A stretch of DNA of 64,000 nt from a bacterium. GTDB lineage: Bacteria > Patescibacteriota > Patescibacteriia > 2-01-FULL-39-33. The DNA lies in NCBI GenBank assembly GCA_029558735.1, contig JAKQDP010000047.1, forward strand, positions 209 through 64,208. Reading direction: 5' to 3'. The translations under genes and the position numbers were made by a program. The first letter of the stretch is position 1, and each line of letters opens with the position of its first letter. Positions 57,060-64,000 of this stretch are shown here, in pieces. A model generated the notes under the pieces. That model made no database searches. It was not told the DNA's origin and saw only the letters and a list, made by a program, of their open reading frames with translations.

Positions 57060-57060
57060 T

Positions 57061-58563
57061 TCACACCTCCTCCACTTTAATTAGATTAGTTTGGCCCTTA
57101 AAGCCAAAGGGATGACCGGCCACTACGATCACTGTGTCGCCCTTAACTGCCAACTTCTTATCCAATAATAATTTTTTTATTTTCGCCAACAATGAATTAA
57201 AGGAGGCGGTAAATTTGATCAGGTGAGCTTCCACGCCCCAACTCAAACTGAGCTGATTGACAGTCATCATGGCCGGAGCAATGGCGATAATCGGCACCTC
57301 CGAACGAAAACGAGAAATATTTCTGGCAGTAAACCCCGAGGTGGTCGCGCAGACAATCAGCTTAGCATGAGCGACATCCTCGGCCAAGTCTTGGGCGACA
57401 AAACTCATTATTTGAGTAATGGAACTTAAATTCTTAAATTCGCCCTCTTTGACTTCTTGTTCATCGATTAAGCGACCCTCTACTTCCCGAGCAATCCGAC
57501 TCATTACCCGGACCGCCTTGAGCGGATATTTGCCGGTGGCAGTTTCCCCGGAAAGCATAATCGCGTCAGTGCCATCCAAAATAGCATTGGCCACATCCGA
57601 TACCTCGGCCCGAGTCGGGAGCGGATTCCTAATCATCGAATCCAGCATTTGGGTGGCGACAATCACTTGTTTGCCGGCTTTGCGGCACTTATCAATAATA
57701 TTTTTCTGAATTAGCGGCAAATCCTCAAACGGCACCTCAATGCCCAAATCGCCGCGCGCGACCATAATGCCATCAGCCGCTTCCAAAATTGAGTCAATAT
57801 TTTTGACCGCTTCCCGCCGTTCAATCTTGGCGATAATGCGCGTGTGGATACCGCCGATCTTGCCCTTGGCCGCCGGCTTCTCCAACTTAAAACCATAACT
57901 GGCGCTGTTTTTCCAATATTTTTTTTCCAAAGCAAAAATCCGCCGCCGCAATTTGATAACGTCTTCCGCCGCCTTAACAAATGACAAAGCCACAAAATCC
58001 ACCTTATTTTTAATACCAAATTCCAAATCTTGCCAATCTTTAGCGGTAATCGGCGGACACTTGATGGTTGATTGGGGAAAATTCATTCCCTTATGCGTTT
58101 TAATGACCCCGCCAGTGACCACCCGGCAACAGATCGCCCGATTCTTGATTCGCTCTATTTTCAATTCAATGACAGCATCATCAATCAATATTGACTGACC
58201 GACTTTGACCTCTTTGTACAAATTCGGATATTGAATGGGGATATACAAACTCAGCGCCTTGATTGGCACCACATAATTTTCCGGCACCAAAAACAGCTCC
58301 GCCCCTTTTTCTACAGTAATCCCCTCCGGCGCCACATCGCCGATGCGAATCCGCGGTCCCTGCAAGTCTTGCAAAACTGCAATGCTCCGATTACCTTTTT
58401 TAGCCACGGCCCGCAAGTTGTTGATGAGCAATTGATGGTGGTCATAACTGCCATGGGAAAAATTAAGCCGGGCCACATTCATTCCCGCGGTAATCATTTT
58501 TTCCATCATGGTTTTGGTTTCCGATACCGGACCAATCGTCGCGACAATTTTTGTCTTTTTCAT
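57061..58563 (-). CDS. pyk: Pyruvate kinase
   Basis: KTKIVATIGP, ARLNFSHG, IAKIE, MVARGDLG, MLSGETA. Confidence 0.97.
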   Translation of the reverse strand: MKKTKIVATIGPVSETKTMMEKMITAGMNVARLNFSHGSYDHHQLLINNLRAVAKKGNRSIAVLQDLQGPRIRIGDVAPEGITVEKGAELFLVPENYVVPIKALSLYIPIQYPNLYKEVKVGQSILIDDAVIELKIERIKNRAICCRVVTGGVIKTHKGMNFPQSTIKCPPITAKDWQDLEFGIKNKVDFVALSFVKAAEDVIKLRRRIFALEKKYWKNSASYGFKLEKPAAKGKIGGIHTRIIAKIERREAVKNIDSILEAADGIMVARGDLGIEVPFEDLPLIQKNIIDKCRKAGKQVIVATQMLDSMIRNPLPTRAEVSDVANAILDGTDAIMLSGETATGKYPLKAVRVMSRIAREVEGRLIDEQEVKEGEFKNLSSITQIMSFVAQDLAEDVAHAKLIVCATTSGFTARNISRFRSEVPIIAIAPAMMTVNQLSLSWGVEAHLIKFTASFNSLLAKIKKLLLDKKLAVKGDTVIVVAGHPFGFKGQTNLIKVEEV

Positions 58564-58584
58564 TAAATTTGTTTATGGGCTTAA

Positions 58585-58908
58585 TTACAACTTGATTGTT
58601 TTGGCCACCCAATTGCCAAAGGTCTTAGCCGTCTCCGCCAAAAGCGGCAGCTCCCATTTCTCGCCTTGCAATGATTTGATAATACCGGCAATGCAAGCAA
58701 CGGCGATTAAAAGATTTACAAACCAACCAACCAGCGGAATGAAAATAAACGGGATGGAAAGCGCAAACAGCAATAAGCCCTGATTGGCATGAAAGCGGAC
58801 AAAATTATTATTTTTCCGCGCCGCCAAAACGACCAGGCTCAACACCCATAAATAGCTGCTCGCTCCCCAAATTTTTTCTTCGACCGAAGGTTTTTTTGTC
58901 TCCGCCAT
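58585..58908 (-). CDS. DUF4870-like membrane protein
   Basis: FVRFHANQGL, IPLVGW, GEKWELP. Confidence 0.75.
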   Translation of the reverse strand: MAETKKPSVEEKIWGASSYLWVLSLVVLAARKNNNFVRFHANQGLLLFALSIPFIFIPLVGWFVNLLIAVACIAGIIKSLQGEKWELPLLAETAKTFGNWVAKTIKL

Positions 58909-59045
58909 AAAATTTTAAGTTATTTTTATTTTTTAAAACTCAAAATATTTTTTATCACTAGAGTCTTCATACCTGCCCTCCTCATGAAAGAGCCCTCTCT
59001 ATTTTCCCCCTCCTTTAGAAGGAGGGGGGTAGGGGGAGGTTATCC

Positions 59046-59468
59046 TCACCGCTTAAAACTCAAAATATAAACCGTCAAAATCGCCACCAACGAACCAACC
59101 ACTGCCACCAGTATTGTCTCGGCAATCAAATTAAAAAATTTCCAGACCGCCACTCCCTCAAAAAACCGATAAACGGCAATTATTAATCCGGCGGCAAAGC
59201 CGGCCAAAAAACCGGCCATCGCTCCGACAGCCGCGCTGGGGCCGAATTTTCTCACCAATCTGACGCCCAACCAGAAAAAAATCGCCAACCGAAGAAGCCA
59301 GGCCACCAGCTCTTTTTGTTCAAAAAATAAACTATTGGGATAATTGATAATCAACGCCCGAAAACCGATTTCCAACACCGCTATTAATAAAACATACCTC
59401 TTGATAAATTTGAAATAAATCGTAAAATCAATCGGCTCCCAGGTTTTGGCTGTTTTGTAATCTTCCAT
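59046..59468 (-). CDS. Hypothetical membrane protein
   Basis: About four TM helices; ATG at 59468 follows a TATAAT element. Confidence 0.65.
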   Translation of the reverse strand: MEDYKTAKTWEPIDFTIYFKFIKRYVLLIAVLEIGFRALIINYPNSLFFEQKELVAWLLRLAIFFWLGVRLVRKFGPSAAVGAMAGFLAGFAAGLIIAVYRFFEGVAVWKFFNLIAETILVAVVGSLVAILTVYILSFKR

Positions 59469-59790
59469 AAATATATTATACCATAGAAACCCAAAATTAA
59501 AAAAATCAATCAGTCTCAAAGCTCCAAAGTTAACAGCCAAATTTTCTCCTGACCGACTGGCGACCAATCGCTAAAACCTCAAGCGCCGCTTTTTTTAGTT
59601 AGTTTGGCAAACAAAAAAACAACCAGCCCGACTGCCCAAAAAACCAGGCCTGTCTCTCTCGCCTATTTTTACTATTAATAGCTATAGAGAGCGCCAACTC
59701 TAATGGCCTTCTTTTCGCTTGATTAAAAACCAGGCCAACCTAAAATCTCCCTCCCGATTACTCGGAAGGGAGGTTTTTAGTTGTCAGATA

Positions 59791-60048
59791 TTATCGGCGT
59801 TCCATAGGACGAGCTTCATTGACCTTCAATGTCCGGCCGTCAAATTCTTTGCCGTCGAACATTTCGATCGCTTTGGCCGCTTCATCGTCCGAAGACATTT
59901 CCACGAAGCCAAAACCTTTGGAGCGTCCAGTCATCTTATCAGTGATAATCGCTGTAGAGACAACTTCGCCGGCTTGAGAGAAATAATCCTTCAAACCGTC
60001 TTCGGTGGAACTATAAGAGATACCACCGACATACAATTTCTTTGCCAT
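59791..60048 (-). CDS. RRM (RNP-1) RNA-binding protein
   Basis: KLYVGGI (RNP2), KGFGFVEM (RNP1), LKVNEARP. Confidence 0.95.
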   Translation of the reverse strand: MAKKLYVGGISYSSTEDGLKDYFSQAGEVVSTAIITDKMTGRSKGFGFVEMSSDDEAAKAIEMFDGKEFDGRTLKVNEARPMERR

Positions 60049-60156
60049 ACTTTACGTTTTCCTTAAACAAAATAAATTAATACAAGCCGACCTTTCCTCT
60101 TTCCTAGTCCTAACGTTATTTTGTTGAGGAAATAGAAAGCGAAACTTGATGCTGTT

Positions 60157-60185
60157 AGTATAGCATATTCGGATAAAAGCGTCAA
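60157..60185 (-). promoter_or_regulatory. Sigma70 promoter of the RRM gene
   Basis: TTGACG-17-TATACT with extended -10 TG. Confidence 0.7.
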
Positions 60186-60293
60186 TGGCAAAAATCCAAG
60201 CCTATTTATCAAGCGCCGACCGGCCAACACCTAAAATCGCCAAAACAAAAACCCCTCCGGTGTTAGCCGAAGGGGCGTCAAGTAAATATTAAG

Positions 60294-60731
60294 TTAAGGC
60301 GTCGGCGTGGTCTGGCCCATCAGCGCTTCAAAGACAAATTTTATCAAGGCGTAAGAGCTAAAAATAATTACAATGCCAAACACCGCCCAAATCATCATGG
60401 TTTTGCCCTTTTGAATCATGCCGGTGTCCCCCCGCGATACCATCCATAATACTCCGCCATAGATAAAGGCAATCAAAGCCAACACGCCGGTCAGTCCCAA
60501 AACTGCTTGGACGACCCGGTTGACTACTTCTTCAAAAGTAACATTTCCACCATCTCTACTAATAGGATTGGGTAATTTGGTGGAGCCCTCAGGATGGGCT
60601 GTGGCGTCTGGAACTTTCTCAGGTAATTCAGCAAATAAATCGGGTGGAGTGGCTAAAGTATTAGCAACACAAAAATTAAATAAAAAAACTAAGGAAAAAA
60701 TTAAAACAAACAAACCACGGTATTTAGTCAT
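60294..60731 (-). CDS. CPR pilin (TrbC/VirB2-like)
   Basis: Signal peptide, LPNPI, GVLALIAFIYGGVLWMVSRGD...KGK..MIWAVFG. Confidence 0.85.
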   Translation of the reverse strand: MTKYRGLFVLIFSLVFLFNFCVANTLATPPDLFAELPEKVPDATAHPEGSTKLPNPISRDGGNVTFEEVVNRVVQAVLGLTGVLALIAFIYGGVLWMVSRGDTGMIQKGKTMMIWAVFGIVIIFSSYALIKFVFEALMGQTTPTP

Positions 60732-60786
60732 AAAATAATTTTAATATTTAATTTAATATAATTATACCAAAAATAAAAACGGGCAG

Positions 60787-61881
60787 TCAATTGACTGCCC
60801 GAACATAAACCTGTCCGGCTCGGTCCAAACCGTAGATTGTGACCTGACCGTACTGGTCTACTTTAAATTTTTCCGAACCCCTTACTTGGTGTCCGGAAAA
60901 CGTAAATGGCGCCGTAGCACCATAAAATATTACTGTGCAACCGGGATAAACGATCACCCCGGTTTCTACCCGCTGACCCGGCTCAAAAGAAATGAGCTTG
61001 TCAGCGGGTTGGGTGGTATTTGAGGCCTTTTGCGGTCGCGCCGGAACTATCTTGCCGTCTTGATACTCAACGGCGTCAAGTGGCTCGATGGCCTCGGCCT
61101 CGGCCCAGAGCTCTTCTGAGTCTTTGATACCGGTTAGGGCATCCCAGACTCGAAAAGCCACAAACCCCTGGTCTTGATAGACGACCGGGGGTGTTGAGGA
61201 CAACTTGACCACTTCTTGGTCGGTCAAGCTGAGACCTTTGACAATCTCCGGCGGCTGGGGCTCGCCTTTTTCATCCAAGGTAATCCGATAAACTCTCGGC
61301 ACCTTGGACGTGGCTATTCCCCACGACTTTTTGGTCGTGGTTTTGGCCGCGGCCTGATTATTGGCTCGCGTCGTCCAATTAATAAACGACTGCGAGCGCA
61401 ACCCGGCCGACTGAGCATTCTGCGGCTGTTTGACTTGCCACAGTACCAGGAAAAATCCCAGCACTGCCAGCCCGATGGCGAGGTTTCTGGCCTTACCGCC
61501 ATAAGCGACGGCATAAGCCAGACCAGCGCCGGGTAGCAAGAATAACAGTTCCAGCACTGCGGCCTGGAACTCGCCGGGTTTTACCTTGTCGCCAAAAAAC
61601 GAGGCGACCCCGGCCGTGACAGGCATGCCGAACAACTGTCCGGCCGCCACGCGAAAGGCGATAAATGCGCCAATCGCCACGGCTACTAGCGCCAGCCGCT
61701 TGGCCATTCGCTTCGTGGCACTGTCCTTCTCATACTGTTCGCAGATTATCTCTGCGACAGCTCCGAAAAGGACCAACGCGAACAGAAACCGCATTGGGAA
61801 CGGAAGCAGGATGCGAATAATAATCGCAAACGCCAGCCCCAGTCCCAAACCAATTCCGATTTTTTTCAAAAAAGCACTCAT
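60787..61881 (-). CDS. Hypothetical multi-pass membrane protein with soluble C-terminal domain
   Basis: 364 aa, about five TM helices, GGAGG RBS. Confidence 0.75.
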   Translation of the reverse strand: MSAFLKKIGIGLGLGLAFAIIIRILLPFPMRFLFALVLFGAVAEIICEQYEKDSATKRMAKRLALVAVAIGAFIAFRVAAGQLFGMPVTAGVASFFGDKVKPGEFQAAVLELLFLLPGAGLAYAVAYGGKARNLAIGLAVLGFFLVLWQVKQPQNAQSAGLRSQSFINWTTRANNQAAAKTTTKKSWGIATSKVPRVYRITLDEKGEPQPPEIVKGLSLTDQEVVKLSSTPPVVYQDQGFVAFRVWDALTGIKDSEELWAEAEAIEPLDAVEYQDGKIVPARPQKASNTTQPADKLISFEPGQRVETGVIVYPGCTVIFYGATAPFTFSGHQVRGSEKFKVDQYGQVTIYGLDRAGQVYVRAVN

Positions 61882-61946
61882 CTATCATCCCTCCAAGTTT
61901 GAGGCGAGTGGGGCAGTAGCATTACCACCCCACTCGCCGGACAATT

Positions 61947-62714
61947 TTACCGGAACATACCTCCAAGACCGGAGGTTAGGTTGGACAAAATATTCCCCCC
62001 CCACTCTCCGATGATATCAGTGAGGAGATCTTTATTAAACGACCAGCCACCCTGTGGCTTGGTCGCAGCCGCGCCTTCAGTCTCAGCTGTGCCAGCCGAG
62101 ACCGCTGCCCGCTTTTGCCGGGCTTTGGCGATCGCCTCCTTCAACTCGTCGAAGAAAGCGACTGGCGTATACGCCAGAGCGGCCAGAATGGACAGGAAGA
62201 AAATCGGCCAGTGCCACCACGACGGATACCACTGTACCGCCTTATCTTCCTCCTTCACTTCCGTGAAGGAGAAGCTGTCTTTCTGGCCATTGCTGACCAG
62301 AATTGCCACTCCCTTCCAGAAGTTGAAGCCTTCTTTGGCCTCATCTGGCACCGCCGCCTTGGCCTCGGCTTTGGCGTTTTTGTAAGTAGCGCTTTCACGC
62401 GCCTCACGCCAAGACGAGACTAAAATCGGCTCGCCAAACCCGGCCAAGATGGCCGAGACCAGCAGGACAATCGTGGTTGCCCAAGCGAGCAACCAACGAA
62501 TGTTGTTGTCCGACAGCGCTTTCAAAGCAAGCACTGCCTTGTCAACAACTGGCCGGTAGTCACGCCTAATAGCGACGACCACGACCGTGACCGCGACGGC
62601 GATGAGCCCGATAATGGACAGCCAATAGACCATCCACCACGAACCAACCCCGCCAAACACGCCCACAAACAGGGTAGCAACAATAAGCAGAAACAAAATA
62701 GAAAGAATAATCAT
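61947..62714 (-). CDS. Hypothetical membrane protein
   Basis: 255 aa, about four TM helices, AGGGAG RBS. Confidence 0.75.
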   Translation of the reverse strand: MIILSILFLLIVATLFVGVFGGVGSWWMVYWLSIIGLIAVAVTVVVVAIRRDYRPVVDKAVLALKALSDNNIRWLLAWATTIVLLVSAILAGFGEPILVSSWREARESATYKNAKAEAKAAVPDEAKEGFNFWKGVAILVSNGQKDSFSFTEVKEEDKAVQWYPSWWHWPIFFLSILAALAYTPVAFFDELKEAIAKARQKRAAVSAGTAETEGAAATKPQGGWSFNKDLLTDIIGEWGGNILSNLTSGLGGMFR

Positions 62715-62734
62715 GGTATTTCTCCCTGCGTCGG

Positions 62735-63337
62735 CTACTTGCCGCCGCGGTTGTATTTGAAGCCGGCGGACACATTATCCCAAAATCCCTTCCACCCCTT
62801 TCTTCGACTGCTCACCTTGAATTTAGGCGGCGCCAGGGGTATGGGGTCGGCCGAGGTATCGGCCTGATTCCCACTGGCGCGGCAGAACAGCTGCCGCTTG
62901 GTCCGGCCCATTGCCTCGCTGACCTGAACGGCCAACAGCAACAGGCCCTCACTATTGGTGGCTACCGGCGCCGACCAGTCAACTGGCGCGCCGGTTTGGT
63001 CTGTCACCCTGTCAGTCGGGTGCAGACCCATGAGGACGATATTGGTCTGCTTGGCCTTGCCGTCCTCAGTAAACTGTACGGCCAGGCGATACAACGCCTC
63101 GCCCAAGGGCGAGACATTGACTTCGAGGCCGAACTTTTTCTTCTGTTCGGCCGCCGGCTTCTGTTGTCCGGGCTGTTGGCCCGGAGCCGGCTGCCCGCCT
63201 TGCGGGGCGGGGTTTCCGGCCGGTGCCGGATTGGGCTTTCCACCCGCCGGTTGAGCCGGACGGGCAATTCCACAAGCAAGACAATTCTTTGCCTTGCCGT
63301 GGTTTGTGTTCCCGCAATTACACTTCCAATTAGCCAT
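62735..63337 (-). CDS. Hypothetical protein with RanBP2-like zinc ribbon and Pro/Gln/Gly linker
   Basis: WKCNCGNTNHGKAKNCLACG; AAGGAGG RBS. Confidence 0.75.
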   Translation of the reverse strand: MANWKCNCGNTNHGKAKNCLACGIARPAQPAGGKPNPAPAGNPAPQGGQPAPGQQPGQQKPAAEQKKKFGLEVNVSPLGEALYRLAVQFTEDGKAKQTNIVLMGLHPTDRVTDQTGAPVDWSAPVATNSEGLLLLAVQVSEAMGRTKRQLFCRASGNQADTSADPIPLAPPKFKVSSRRKGWKGFWDNVSAGFKYNRGGK

Positions 63338-63484
63338 TTTATGGCCCTCCTTTCTTATTTGTAAACCCGAATTGTAACGAACATTTCGGGATTTTTTCCC
63401 TCTTTCTACCCTCTTTTATCACACAAAAAAGGGTAAAATTAGAGTAAAATCACCTTTCCATTAGTTTTTTACTTGTAATATATA

Positions 63485-63513
63485 ATTATAGCACGCTTTG
63501 AATATTTTGTCAA
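63485..63513 (-). promoter_or_regulatory. Consensus sigma70 promoter for the 63337-60787 operon
   Basis: TTGACA-17-TATAAT with extended -10 TG. Confidence 0.75.
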
Positions 63514-63594
63514 TAGAAGTAAAAAAATATCAAAAATAAAAAATTGGCTATAAAAACCAATAAAAAAATATAAATTTGCTGTTTAAATTGTTTT

Positions 63595-63803
63595 TGCCGC
63601 CTTTGGAAATTCAGTGACAAAATCAAGCTTTTTTGAATTTTAGTATCAAAAAACCAGCACTGAAAAATTTGGATTAAGCGAGAGGCAAAGTAGCAATGCG
63701 AACAAATCTGCCGCCTTTGGAAATTCAGTGACAAAATCAAGCTTTTTTGAATTTTAGTATCAAAAAACCAGCACTGAAAAATTTGGATTAAGCGAGAGGC
63801 AAA
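63595..63803. repeat. Two identical 95-bp direct repeats with a 19-bp spacer
   Basis: 63595-63689 equals 63709-63803, period 114. Confidence 0.9.
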
Positions 63804-64000
63804 ATGAGTTACAAAATTTTTATTGTTTGAGACCGTCCCGAGTACTCGGGACGGGCGAGTTTAAAAATTTTGTTGGAATTTTGCCTGAAGCGCCAAATTT
63901 TTCAAAAGCTGGGAGTTTTGGCGCCACCTTTTACGGCTAAAAGGTGGCAAAAAAATAGTATAAAAACAATATCTTATTAAACAAAATTTACTTCATCTTC

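Noticed and set aside
57845-57930. About 20-aa basic insertion in pyruvate kinase
   Set aside because: It lies in a variable loop region and shows no intein or repeat hallmarks.
63510-63740. 76-aa ORF with an internal repeat
   Set aside because: It is a by-product of the 95-bp DNA repeat and the AT-rich flank.
63595-63803. Possible CRISPR array
   Set aside because: There are only two 95-bp repeats with a 19-bp spacer, and no cas genes in the window.

Overview
This is most likely a Patescibacteria/CPR (Parcubacteria-type) chromosomal segment, inferred from the CPR-style pilin-fusion surface proteins, the alpha2-type GlyRS and the compact gene set. In order, it holds two giant pilin-anchored Ig/IPT surface proteins, housekeeping genes (rpsU, hisS, lepB, der, pth, dprA, topA, rel, parAB), three tRNAs, a glycosyltransferase/Wzm-Wzt glycan cluster, and smpB-ssrA-infC-rpmI-rplT. 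Next come an ~8.6 kb serine-recombinase integrative element in tRNA-Asp (fused R-M plus S subunit, HhH glycosylase-like gene, Rep, ImmA/ImmR), ppsA/pyk, and an accessory operon of unknown function. Four observations stand out. (1) An unannotated ~450-nt multi-domain structured RNA with its own promoter and a BoxA-like motif lies between pth and dprA. (2) The recombinase C-terminus is predicted to be swapped by integration, and precise excision would leave a tRNA-Asp with a broken acceptor stem. (3) A shared structured element sits at the T-loop of two different tRNA remnants. (4) 19-nt hairpin micro-insertions interrupt a tRNA-Asp pseudogene. All calls come from reading the sequence; no database searches or folding programs were run.
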